64,000 nt of DNA from Ranitomeya imitator (taxonomy: Eukaryota). This document shows, in pieces, positions 47,688-60,300 of this stretch. The DNA is taken from positions 398,226,001 to 398,290,000 of the forward strand of contig NC_091285.1 of NCBI RefSeq assembly GCF_032444005.1, read 5' to 3'. The first letter of the stretch is position 1; each line of letters opens with the position of its first letter. Position numbers and translations under genes: made by a program. Below the pieces are notes generated by a model, which was not told the DNA's origin, did not search any database, and was given only the letters and a program-made list of their open reading frames with translations.

Positions 47688-48275
47688 TTTCCCAGCGATG
47701 CTTTGCGAAATTACCCAGAAGTCCTAGCGGTCTCGTGAGACCGCTAAGTCATATGAGTAATTTTGCAAAGCATCCTGGGAACGCAAGACGGCGGCAGCCG
47801 CGCGCCCATCTGCACAGCGCCGTTGGATCCCAGGAGGCAGAGAGACGGGACGCTGAGGAGCAGCGACCAGAATGGCGAGTATGTTAGAACTACAAGGGGC
47901 CCTCGGATCGTTAGGTGAGTATGTTTATTTTTTATTTTTTTAACCTGTGACATACGTGGCTCGGTAATATACTACGTCACTGGGCAATATACTACGTGGC
48001 GCTGTGCTGTATACTACAAGGATGGGCAATATACTACGTGGCTTGACAATATACTACGTCACTGTGCAATATACAACGTGGCTCTGTGCTGTATACTACG
48101 TCGCTGTGCAATATACTACGTGGCTCTGTGCTGTATACTACGTGGCTGGCCAGCATACTACGTCGCTGTACAATATACTATGTGGTTGGGCAATATACTA
48201 CGTAAATGGGCAATATACTACGTGGACATGCATATTCTAAAATACCCGATGCGTTAGAATCGGGCCACCACCTAG
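47688..48275 (+). mobile_element. Second non-autonomous Helitron-like element with a caatatactacgtggct minisatellite
   Basis: Same 3' end as 27834 (cccgatgcgttagaatcggg...CTAG|T). The 5' boundary is uncertain. Confidence 0.65.
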
Positions 48276-48299
48276 TTTGTTATAACTAACCACAGTTAA

Positions 48300-49201
48300 A
48301 GGGAACCTGTCACCCCGTTTTTTCAGTAGGAGATAAAAATACCGTTAAATAGGGCCTGAGCTGTGCATTACAATAGGGTATTTATTGTCCCCCGATTCCC
48401 TACCTATGCTGCCGAAATACCTTACAAAAGTGGCCTTTTTCGCCTATCAATCAGGCTGGTCAGGTTGGATGGGCGTGGTCACAGCGCTGTTTCTTCCCCC
48501 ACATCTTGCTTATGTTCCCGTTGGGGGCGTAGTGCTTCTCGCATGCGCAAGTGCCGAATGCACTGCGCAGCTGTACAAAAAGAGCGCGCTCGCCGCTATT
48601 CAGCGGTTTCTCGGTGGGCGCGGCCATCTTCCCGAGGCCGCGCGTGCGCAGATGGAGTCTCCTGCTTCCCGGGCCTTCAGGAAAATGGCCGCGGGATGCC
48701 GTGCGTGCGCAGATGGACATCACGGCAGCCATTTTCCTGAAGCCGAGTTCGAATCTCGGCTTCAGGAAAATGGCCGCCGCGATGTCAATCTGTGCACGCG
48801 CGGCATCCCGTGGCCATTTTCCTGAAGCCCCGGGAAGCAGGAGACTCCATCTGCGCACGCGCGGCCTCAGGAAGATGGCCGCGCCCACCGAGAAACCGCT
48901 GAATAGCGGCGAGCGCGCTCTTTTTGTACAGCTGCGCAGTGCATTCGGGACTTGCGCATGCGAGAAGCACTACGCCACCAACGGGAACATAAGCAAGATG
49001 TGGGGGAAGAAACAGCGCTGTGACCATGCCCATCCGACCTGACCAGCCTGATTGACAGGCGAAAAAGGCCACTTTTGTAAGGTATTTCGGCAGCATAGGT
49101 AGGGAATCGGGGTCAAAAAATACCCTATTGTAATGCACAGCTCAGGCCCTATTTAACGGTATTTTTATCTCCTACTGAAAAAACGGGGTGACAGGTTCCC
49201 T
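48300..49201. mobile_element. 902-bp near-perfect palindromic T2/Kolobok-type MITE
   Basis: TTAA|AGGGAACCTGTCACCCCG...CGGGGTGACAGGTTCCCT|TTAA. Centre near 48750, CpG-rich. Confidence 0.92.
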
Positions 49202-50851
49202 TTAAGTTACTATTGCCCAGGTAACGCTAATCAAATCACCACATGAAGGCCATCCATAACCATAGGCTGCCCCGGAGCACGAAAATCTCATTTACTTTAA
49301 ACTACAAATAAAGATTTAAAAAAAACAACCAAAAGATGGATTTCATCAACCAAGGTATCATTTTAGTCAGTACAATGGCGCCAGCCTGACATTGTCGGTT
49401 ACTAAGCACAATCCTGCTGATAGGTTCCCTTAAGGCAAGTACTTCTTAAAGCAAATCTAAACTTTCAATAAACTGCATAAATCAATAGTATGTTTTAGTT
49501 TGCTTTTCCTCTGAGTTCATGTTTGGAGAGATTAGCTGCTCTGATGCTCTTAATGTTATTAGCTTTGCTAGTAGTTTCAGTTTCTTTCTGGGGTATGATG
49601 TAGCACAAACTTGCTCCCTCCCTCCTCATAGACTGTGAAGCATCATGATTTTAAACATTTCTCAAGGTGCAGCTCAGCAAACGCCCAAGATTGAAAGTTC
49701 AAGGTAAAGGTTTCTAATAAAAAAGAAAAACTTTGTCATCATCTGTACTGTTAATATATGCAAAGTTTGTTTTATTGCAAAATTATACATGATTCCCTAT
49801 TATTGCAGGAATTACAATATACCTTTTTATATGACAAAATTATATTAAGAGCGAATTTATACAATTACAAAATGCCGAAGAACTTCTTATGAAGTCAGCT
49901 GTATCTGAGCATTTCACATTAACTCAAGATAAAAAATATTTTGTGTCAGTGTATGACAGCATTTGTTTTCATCTGAGAGCTCATGCATGCTCAGGCAATG
50001 ATAAAAATGCTCCTACAAGAGCTTCCCATCTAAAAAGACATTTACAATGCTTACAGTATACACAGAAGTTTTCAAAGCTGTGACTTGGAAAGATCACAAT
50101 GACACCAAGAAATGAGGGCCCCGTACTTCCTACAAGGAGGAGCAAAGAGCATCTCAAACATCAGTTACAAGATATTTTGTAAGTGACAGTTACTTGTAAC
50201 AATGACAGCAGATATGTTTAAAAGACAGCTCATCAAGCTTGTTGTGAAAAACCGTGTACCATTATCATTATTTGCACGGCCAGCTTTTACAGCTCTTAAT
50301 GTAGAAATGGCCTGCTAACTCAGCATTTCTTTGGAAATAGAAAGCATTCGAAAAATTAGTGATAATAAAAGGCCTTAACCAAAAGGAGAATCTTAAAAAG
50401 ACTCAAGAGAAGCTTTTTATTTCTTAAACTGGATGCCAGCACACATCACAGAGTGAACTATTTTGCTGCTATCAACATTCGATTTGTTAGTGACAAAAAA
50501 AAAACAAAAAACTGTTACCAAGACACTGGCAGTAAAATATACTACAGCTCATCACAGCAGCCAGTTTCTCCAGACCCTAGTGGGAAAAGTTCTGCAAGAT
50601 TATGAACTCAAAAAAAGAACAGGTTCTTGCTATGTAACTGACAATGCTTTAAACATGGTAAGTACAATTAAACTGATAAACTAGAATAATGAAGGAGAAA
50701 TACAGCTAAAAGAAAACTTCAGATTCAGTATGTTTGAGATGGAAGGCCACAGTCCTGTAACTAAGGAACAGATATTACTACAGAAAAACAGCAAAATGAT
50801 ACAATTAGACGATCTTGTTGAAGCTGCTTCAAAGCTTTCTCATATTCATCA

Positions 50852-53067
50852 TGTAACGCTCGCGCCCAGACTGGTTGGCACGGGCGTGTGGACGCACTGG
50901 ACCACAGACCAGACTTCCCTGGAAGAGGTTTAAATAGGTAGCTTCCTAGGTGTTCGCTGGAGCCTCTGATGGTGAGGTCAGACTTGTGTGGCAGGTAGCT
51001 ACCAGGTACCACTCCAGGGTGGTGTCTGGCTGTGGATGCTCATCCCACCGGGGAACAGGACACAGACAGGCAGTCACAGCTGTGACACTGACTGATGACC
51101 GGATACAGCAGAGGCCCTAACGGGCGGACTGGCTTGACGGAGACTCAAGCAGGCGGGCACGGCTGGCACTCAGGCAGGACAGGAGGACTGAACTGGAACA
51201 CTGGCAGAACCAGTATGGACCGGTATACAGGCAGGCACAGCAAGTACGTAGGAACAGGTAGGGACCTGTTCTGACAGGAGGAACGGAGGAAGGGAAAGAC
51301 CGCAAGAGCGGAAACAAAGCAGGAGCACAGGAGGAGGAGCCAAGGGCAAGAACAGAAACGCAGGAAGCGGAGCCAAGAGCGGGAAGCAGAGTAAAGTACA
51401 AAAATGCAGGAGGCGGAGCCAAGAGCAGGAGGCGAAGCCAAGTGCGTAAACGCAGGAGGCGGAGCCAATAGCAGGAGACATAGAAACGAAGCAAGGTAGA
51501 TCCGCAAGGAGCGGAGCCAGGTAGAACCCCAAGGAGCGGAGCCGCAGAGCAAGGTCACAGAGTGCAGGGCTGAATGTAGAGCAAAGCTAGACCCAGAGTG
51601 CAGAGCAGAGCAGGACACTGAGTGCAGAGCCAAGAGCAGAGCAGGACACAGAATGCAGAGCCAAGAGCAGCAGAGCAAGACACAAAGGGCAGAGCAAGAC
51701 ACAGAGAGCAGAGCCGAGAGGTGCTGAGCCACTGGTAGTGGCAAACAGAGCAGAGAGATAAGGAGAGGTACACACAGCAGAGTGGAAATGGTTAACAAGC
51801 AAGGAGACAACAGGAACGGACATAGACCAGAGTTCAGACAGGAACAGACACAGATACTAGAACTTGACACGGATACAGACCTGCGGAATGCAGGCCTCAT
51901 AGTCAGACACAGACGTAACGGAACACAGATTCAGACCAGGGTACGACGCCCCACTGGGTGGCGAACACAGAGACAGAACCAGACACCTCAGCAGCAAAGT
52001 ACTGACTGAGGAAGTAAGTTTGCTCAGGCGTCCTCCAGTGGGTGAGGACGCCTTAAGAATCAGAGGCCTCTAGACTATTGGCCAGGGACACCTTAGGGAG
52101 GTGCACACAGACTGAATAAGAAACAGGAGCTGCTGGCGCTGCCCCCCTATGCACACAGACAGAAAGTGTACACAGAGCAAGCGGCCATGAAGCACACGGC
52201 ATGAAGCCAGCAGCAGACAAGGAAAATGGTGTGCACTCAGGTCAGGGACAAGGAGGTGCTGGTAAACTGACCGTGAGGTCAAGTCAATCATTCAAAAAAG
52301 ATTACCGCACACTCAAGACTGGTAAGATGCAAAAGGTGTATGCCAATTTTATTGAAGAAAACAAAACAAAAAAGAAGTGGTTGCCACATTCATATTCATT
52401 TGAAATAGACAAAAAACCCGACGTTTCGACCCTCCCGGGTCTTACTCATTTGGTTACTCAAGTCCTTTGACATAGATGCATAATAGTGGCAGTGGTAGGG
52501 GGTGTACGACCGATCCCTTGTTAAGGCACAACCTTATAATAAAGCCAGTCCGGGCAGAAGTGTCCCGGGAGCACAAAATCTGGGTGGTGAGGGCCGTTAG
52601 ACACCTAGTGGGTCTGAAAAGGGTCCCTGGGAGGATTAGCGGCGCATCCCGCGCCTTGCTGCGATGTCCTGGGGGGAGACCCGGAAAGACTTCTGCCCGG
52701 ACTGGCTTTATTATAAGGTTGTGCCTTAACAAGGGATCGGTCGTACACCCCCTACCACTGCCACTATTATGCATCTATGTCAAAGGACTTGAGTAACCCC
52801 ATGAGTAAGACCCGGGAGGGTCGAAACGTCGTTTTTTTGTCTATTTCAAATGAATATGAATGTGGCAACCACTTCTTTTTTGTTTTGTTTTCTTCAATAA
52901 AATTGGCATACACCTTTTGCATCTTACCAGTCTTGAGTGTGCGGTAATCTTTTTTGAATGGAGCCAGCAGCAGACAGATCTCGCAGCATGGCACAGGGTG
53001 AGTGAGTTGATGTATCAAGCAGGTGGGGGATGGAAGGCCATGCAGTGATGCCGGCAGGGTTGTTACA
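50852..53067. mobile_element. Solo LTR (Gypsy-like) with internal minisatellites
   Basis: TGTAAC...GTTACA termini and a 5-bp TSD CATCA (50847-50851, 53068-53072). No pol sequence. Confidence 0.8.
52289..52960. mobile_element. Penelope-like inverted pseudo-LTR hairpin inside the solo LTR
   Basis: ~272-bp inverted arms with a 127-bp spacer. Each arm carries GACCC-ggga-GGGTC-GAAACGTC...AATAAA. Confidence 0.6.
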
Positions 53068-53776
53068 CATCACATGCTGTGCACACGCTGCAGTTGGCAA
53101 TAAGAGATAGTCTACAAGAGGGACATGCTGGAACGCTGATTGGCAAAGTGAGGAAATTGGTTACTGCTGACAGAACTCCTAAAATCGATTCCATCTTGAA
53201 GAGAAGAGATGGAAAAGGGGCAATTGTGGATCAAGCCACTTGGTTGGGCGACACCTGTTTAATGATTGAGCGATTGCTTGAGCTTAAACCCTTTCTTGTA
53301 GACATGGCCAACCCTAGGACAACACTAAACGAAAGTCAATGAACACAGGTGGCTGAATTCAAGGAATTAACTCCTGCCATTTTCATAAAGGAGTGGAAGA
53401 ACTTGCCATTTTGCTTGTCTCAAAGAGGAGATTTAATCGCAGCTGGCATTGCCGATTCAATGAAACAGAGAGAGACATTGCTATTAGAAAATACACTTCT
53501 TCTGGCAGCTGTTTATGTGGACCAGAGTCATCGTACATTGCTGGATGAACACCAGCTTACCAGAGGAAAAGAAACTCTGACTGAAGTAGCAGTTAGGATG
53601 AGTGGGCTATGGGACTGCCAAAAGCAAGAGGACTTGGGTCTTACCAGTGCTACTGCTACCTTATCTTTAGTATCATCAGTTGAGGAGTTTAAATTTTGAA
53701 AAGTATTTGGACGACATGGAGCAGGCAAAGTGTTGCCGCAGAGAGAAAGATTCCACTCCTGTGGAATATGTTAGCG

Positions 53777-53777
<1 letters not shown>

Positions 53778-53859
<82 letters not shown>
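53778..53859. repeat. (TA)n microsatellite
   Basis: About 41 TA units. Confidence 0.98.
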
Positions 53860-53864
<5 letters not shown>

Positions 53865-54790
53865 AAGATTATTATGATTATTATAAATGTTATTAAGTAC
53901 GTTTTTGTTGAAAACTGTTTTTTTTCACCACTTACTGCATAGCGTATTGCATAGTTACAATTTAAGTTTTGTGTTCTAAAGTTGTATTCCAATATATTTT
54001 ATGTTATACCTAAATAGTTTGATTATTGTATTGTAATGGTGATTAGAAGTCTGATGTTGCCATTTACTAGAGTAAATTTATAACTTAAACATGAGCCATG
54101 TATGAGGGAGTTGGGGGTCAGAGAAACAGAGGAGTAGGAGGTTTGGCTTACTGACTCCACTGCCCTGGTCTTAGGTTTACAGCAAGGTTGATGTGATGTA
54201 TAGAAATTTAATGCCCTCTGAAAACTTGCAGGTAAAAAACATTAGTGATACAGCCATGTGCGGATAACAAGTTTTGTCAAAGCCACCTACCAGGAAGGAT
54301 CCATTTTATATTGACTCCGCAGCAATAAAATGCAAAAAGAGGGGATTAAAACATCAAATATAAATCACTTGACACTGAGAATATTCCCAGGTTATTTGTA
54401 TGATATAATGAGCAATTGTGATAGAAGGGGTGGGGGAGTTTATGAAATTGCGCTTTTTCTCCTCCTAGCTCGCCTACACTTTGATTTTTTTTTTTTTCAC
54501 ACCTTCCATTACATTACATGATAAAATGAATGTGATCATTCAAACGTACAACTTGTGCCACAAAAAATAAGCTCTAATACAACTGTGTTGATGGAAAAAT
54601 AAATGTATGAATCTTGGGAGTGTGTATGTGGGGGGGGGGGGGGGGGGAGGAACAAAAAAAAAAAACACAAAAAAATGTTGCAGAGAAAGGGTTAAAAAAG
54701 AATCAGGCTTTCAGCCTGTGATGAATGCTTCAGGTGTGCGGTTGGTCATGTTCCAGTCTGCTTGGTCCACTGGTCAGAAGTTGTGTTTTT

Positions 54791-57046
54791 CTCCGATATG
54801 ACGCGCTGGTATTCACGCCGGTGAAGAAAGAAGAATCCTGAGCTGCAGCCAACAGCGAAAATGCGAGGAGACCAGGAGCCGCAACGCCCATCAAGGTTCT
54901 GCTACAGCCAGGAAGGGAGAGAAAGCAGCGGAGAGTCCATGGCAGCAGGCAAGTTATATGCGGCTGATTCGGTCCGGTGGGAGAGGAGAGATAAGGCCAG
55001 GGAGGGCCGGGTGATCCCTCCATTGGACACTTATCACACAGCGGAGAGCAAGGGAGTTGGTGTGGCGGCGGTAAGGAGGGGAGAGGACCCGCCGCTGCAG
55101 GAGGATCTGACATGCTGCAAAGCGGAGCTCAGAACACCGCCACCGCTATATAACGCCGCACAGTCTCTCTTTACTTATGAGAGTTGTGCCACCCTTCAAC
55201 CCCATAATAAATGCTCACAAAAGGCAGCGGATTTTGGAGATGTCCCCAACAATAAGGGACAAATATGCATAAAATACGACACAGAAGGTGTAGAGGCTAC
55301 TGCAGTGATAATTAGGAAGGAGAGAGCCTTGTCAATGAGAACTGGCGAAAAGGCGACTAGAGCGCCACTACAGACATCCAGTGCCAAGTAGTCTCAGCCC
55401 TCAATTGAGCCCTGTATCTAACATCTTATTGACAGAGTTGAATCTATTATTAATGAAAGATTTACTGAGTTCTCTATTAAAACTTGTCCGAGTCTTATTA
55501 TGGGCAATCCATCCAGTGAGGTCATTTGCAGTGATACTGTAAGAAATGCGCAGATGATCGACATACATTCAGACTCTGATGCATCTGATTCACAAAGGGG
55601 AGAGGAGAACTTCGATTCAGAAAGTTCTGTTAACACTTCAACATTCTCTGACCTGGCCTCTTCAGAAAACGCGTCTTCACACGATTACGTTGAGCAAGCT
55701 GAAAACTCCAACCACGAACGTTCTTCTCCTTTCCTTTCACAAATAGATGAGATCCCTGCATCAGATGACCATCCCACAGAAGGTTTCATGACCAAGATGC
55801 TTAAACTTCTTTTAATCTCAATGACATACAATAAAGCTAACCACAGAGATATACTGGAGGACCTCAAAATTAAATGGCCCGAGTCCACGCCAATAAATAG
55901 CCCTAAAGCTACAGAAGCCTTCGTTAAAAGGCTCATACAGGACATACTAATGACAGCGGCCAATGACAACCACTCCACTTCATCCAGAACCTCTGACAAA
56001 GCTAAATTCGAACCAAGGATAACAAATTCTACTTACATAAAATGTGAGCCCAACAATCCGCAAACTCTACCTGCACTCTCAGACTCCATAAATAAAATCC
56101 AAAGAGACAATGCCTCCTTCAGATCCAATCTGGATAATTACGAGAATTATAGGAGACAAAACAACATCAAGATTAGAGGAATTCCTGACTCGATCCAAAC
56201 TTTTCAACTTAGGAGCTATGTTTCCTCAATGATTTCTCATTTATTTCCTGATACTGATGAGAGCCGTTTGATTGATAAAGCTTTCAGAATCCACAGACCG
56301 CCTTCTCTCCCGCACGACTTAGCAACCGATGTCATAGTGTCATTCTACCCAAATTGGTTGAGAAATGCGCTCCTTGGCGTGTCAAAGAAGCAAAAATTTC
56401 TTTCATCTCCATGCAATCACCTAACTTTCTTCTAAGACATATCAAAGGAAACTCTACAAAAAAGGAAAGCTTTTTCCCAAATTACACGTCCACTCCTGCA
56501 AGCTGGGATTCCCTATATTTGGACGCGATCTTCAACCCTCCAAGTGAAATATGCTCACAAATCTATCCCTATACTCTCTCTGGAGGAGTGAGTTGTTTTC
56601 CTTAAAGGGGTTGGAATCAAAATTTCAGCGGTCTCCTCCGGACGCTCCTCTACAAAGGACTGGGACCCCTTCCTGATTGAAAGAACTGTACGCTACTCCT
56701 TCATAACTAAAAGAAGTCTTCCACTTTCATAACTCCTTCGAAGAACCAAACTTTCCCTCCATTTAGTTTAGGGTCGCCTTAGGGTGCTTCCAGACATGAC
56801 GGGCCTACATGTACTGCATTTTACTTTACTTGTTTCTCTTACAGGTCTCTAGGTTTACTTTAAAGCTATAATTGGTAACAAATAGCTTGAGTAATCTTCG
56901 AGAACACTTATATGTACATTAATATGCCTGTCTTTTCTTTCCCATTCCCTTTGTCGTAGGGAATTACTTATCCTTTCCTCTTTACCCACTTTCCCTTCCC
57001 CTTTCCCTCCATAAAATATTGTAAAACCAATAAAGTTTGATGAAAA
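54791..57046 (+). mobile_element. L1 ORF1-only (half-L1-like) retroelement
   Basis: ENYRRQNNIKIRGIP, IDKAFRIH and DISKETLQKRK motifs of L1 ORF1p; no ORF2. AATAAA at about 57029 followed by a short A run. TSD AGAAGTTGTGTTTTT at 54776-54790 and 57047-57061. Confidence 0.85.
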
Positions 57047-57345
57047 AGAAGTTGTGTTTTTAATTTTCATTCGTACTCATTTTGATTTAGAAGAACTTTC
57101 TCCCCACAAATCCACCTGCTGGATATTATTAGAAATAGTGCAGGGCACATACAAAATGGGATTTTGCACATTTCTTTTTTGTGCAGTATGTGGGGGCAAT
57201 GATGTATAAATCAGATCCGACTCCACTGCTCTCATACTGGATTAATGACCTCATAAATGTCAAAAGTTTTGTTCTGCATGGACTGAACACTAGTAACTGC
57301 TCTCTGGTTTTTGGTGGGAGATAGTTGAGCTTTCTTTGAAAAAAA

Positions 57346-60300
57346 AAAATAGTAGTTACTTACCGATAACGGTATTTCTCTGATCCCATGATGGCACCAC
57401 GGAGAGAGGGGTCCGCCCCCAGGGACAGGAAACCTACAGGTGAAAAAAGGGCGTACCTCTCTCCCACATCAGTTGGATTACAGAGCCTTATACAGAACTT
57501 CAGCTGCAACTCAATATTTGCACAAATTAAACTTAACCTATTTAACTTAACAGAGGCACCGTGACTAAAATTAATTACTAGTACATTACAAAGTGCACAC
57601 CTGTGTGTGAAAAGGGAGGGAATATACGGGTGCCATCATGGGATCAGAGAAATACCGTTATCGGTAAGTAACTACCATTTTCTCTATCCCCATGATGGCA
57701 CCATGGAGAGATTTGCATAGATAGAACTCTTAGGGAGGGACCACTGCTTCTAGAACCCTTCGCCCAAAGATAAGATCAGAGGAGGTCAAGTCTAAACGGT
57801 AATGTTTGAAAAATGTAGACTGGGAAGACCAAGTGGCCGCTCTACATATCTGTTGTATTGAAGCACCAGCTCTCTCCGCCCAGGATGATGCCACTGCTCT
57901 GGTCGAATGAGCCTTTATATTCTCCGGGATGGCTGTCCCGCAGGATGAGTAGGATAGGGCGATGGCGTCTCTTATCCATCTCGCTAACATGGCTTTCGAT
58001 GCTTTTTGTCCCTTCCGTGGACCCTGGAAGCAGACAAACAGAGCCCTATCCTTTCTGCACTCCCTAGTGGCTGATAGATATTGGACCAGACATCTTTTTA
58101 CGTCTAGGGTATGCAGTGTTTTTCCCCCTCATTTTTAGGGTTGGGACAAAAGGAGGGCAAAGAAATCTCTTGCGTTCTGTGAAATTGTGACGCTATTTTA
58201 GGGAGGTAAGCCGGGTCAGTTTTAAGAATGACTCTGTCCTCGAGTATCTGAGTAAAGGGTGGGCATGCAGATAACGGTTGTATATCGCTGACACGACGAG
58301 CCGAGGTTAGGGCCACTAGGAGTGTGGTTTTTAGAGATAAGATCTTTAATGGAACTTCTGCCAGGGGCTCAAAGGGAGGTTTGGTTAGAGCATTTAATAC
58401 AAGGTTTAGATCCCACGGAGGAGAATTGTGGAGGGGAATAGAGCTGGACCTACTTGAGGCTTTAATAAAATCGCATGACCCACCGATTTCTGGCCAAATC
58501 ATAATTATACAGTGCTCCCAAGGCTGCTACCTGAACCTTTAGAGTGCTTGTAGCCAACCCTCTTTCCAAACCTTTCTGTAGGAACTCAAGGATTTTCTCT
58601 ATTGGGATCTCCCCGGACGGGTCTGCGCCCGACACCGACAAGAATTTTTTCCACACTTTCCCATATATTTTAGTGGTTACGAGTTTTCTACTCTGTAATA
58701 GAGTGGACACTAGATTGGGAGAGAACCCTTTATCCCTTAGAAGCCTCCTTTCAAAAGCCAGGCTGTCATTTGTAGATTCTTTACATTGGGGTGAAATACC
58801 GGGCCCTGGGATAGAAGTTTCGGAGTGTCTAATAGAACCCATGGACTTGATATGGACATTTTTCTTAGCCAAGAAAACCATATTCTGCGGGGCCAGAATG
58901 GCGCTATTACTATCACTGTTGCTTCCTCCTCCCGAATTTTCCTCAACACTAAGGGGATGAGCGATATCGGAGGGAACGCGTAGGCGAGGCGATAGTTCCA
59001 AGGAATTGTTAGGGCGTCTAGAGCTACTGGGCTCCCCCGGGGATCGATTGAGCAGAATGTTCTTACTTTGCGGTTTTGACTGTTCGCGAATAGGTCTATT
59101 TCTGGCAGACCCCAGAGATTGCATCCGTCGTTAGGATTTTCTCCGCCGGTAGTGCCCAAGGGACCCCCTTGGTTAAATTCCCTGGGTCTGCCCACCATAC
59201 TAGGGAGTGTATCGTGTTTGATGAGATACTTAATTGCCCGTCTAAATTTCCGTGCAGAGATATGCCTGAATCTAAAGTCTCCCATTGTAGGTCCCGGGAA
59301 TGACATTGTGCCCACTGCACGGCAGGGATACAGGCAGTCATAGAGCCCAGCAGGGACATTGCTTTCCTCAGCGTAGTGACTGGGGATATCGTCAACTGTA
59401 ACACTGCCTGTGTCATTTTTTTAATCTTCCCCTGAGGAAGGTAACACTTCTGCGTGATCGAGTCTAGGACTATCCCTAAGTACTCCTGTACCTGGGATGG
59501 CACTATTTTGGATTTGGGTATGTTTAGCAGCCACCCTAGACTCGACAGTGAAGCATTAACCAGATCCAACTGATGTTTGCAATGTTGGAATGAGGTCCCT
59601 ACCACGAGGAGGTCGTCCAGATAGGGAACTATTAGAACATTCTGTTCCCGTATGTGGGCCATCACTTCTGACATTATTTTTGTGAATACCCGAGGAGCGA
59701 CGGCTATCCCGAAGGGGAGAGCTCGGAATTGGTACTGTTTTACTTCCCACTGGATATTCACTGTCAGTCTGAGATATTTTTGATGATCTCTGTGGATGGG
59801 CACATGGTAATATGCGTCTCGTAAGTCTAAAACAGTCATGAAACACAAGGGAAAGAGTATTTTCACGCAAGATTTTATGGTCTCCATTTTGAAGTGTTGA
59901 ATCTCTAGGAAACTGTTTAATCTTTTGAGATTTATGATCGCTCTGTACGATCCGTCCGGTTTCCTGCGGAGGAAGAGGGGAGCATAGAAGCCCGTGCCTC
60001 TTTCCCGGTATGGGACTTCTTGTAATACCCCTTTCTGGACTAAGTTCAGAATTTCCTCCTGGAGAGCGGACTGTTCGTGTGACTGTTTCTGAGGCGTTAT
60101 CATGAAGGAGTTGCCGGGAGGGATACGAAATTTGAGTCTGAGACCTTCTCGTATTATACCTAAAATCCAGGGACTGTTTAAAATTTTTTCCCATTTTTTT
60201 ATTATCCGGAAGGGGGGGGTGGGGGGGAGGGGGGGGGAAGGGTTGGTGAACAAGAAGCCTCTGTTTATGTTCCTTCTGTCTTCCCATCCGTCTTTATTCC

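Larger units (their letters stand above)
49860..53720 (+). pseudogene. Degenerate hAT transposase split by a solo LTR
   Basis: BED-like SAVSEHF..ASHLKRHL, LDAS, YVTDNALNM and (C)AVHTLQLAI segments, with many stops. Boundaries are approximate. Confidence 0.75.

Noticed and set aside
48363-49138. Overlapping ORFs of 117-163 aa on both strands
   Set aside because: They are mirror translations of a GC-rich palindromic MITE.
51117-51900. 251-aa Leu/Cys/Ser-rich ORF
   Set aside because: It results from tandem repeats in the solo LTR and has no domain motifs.
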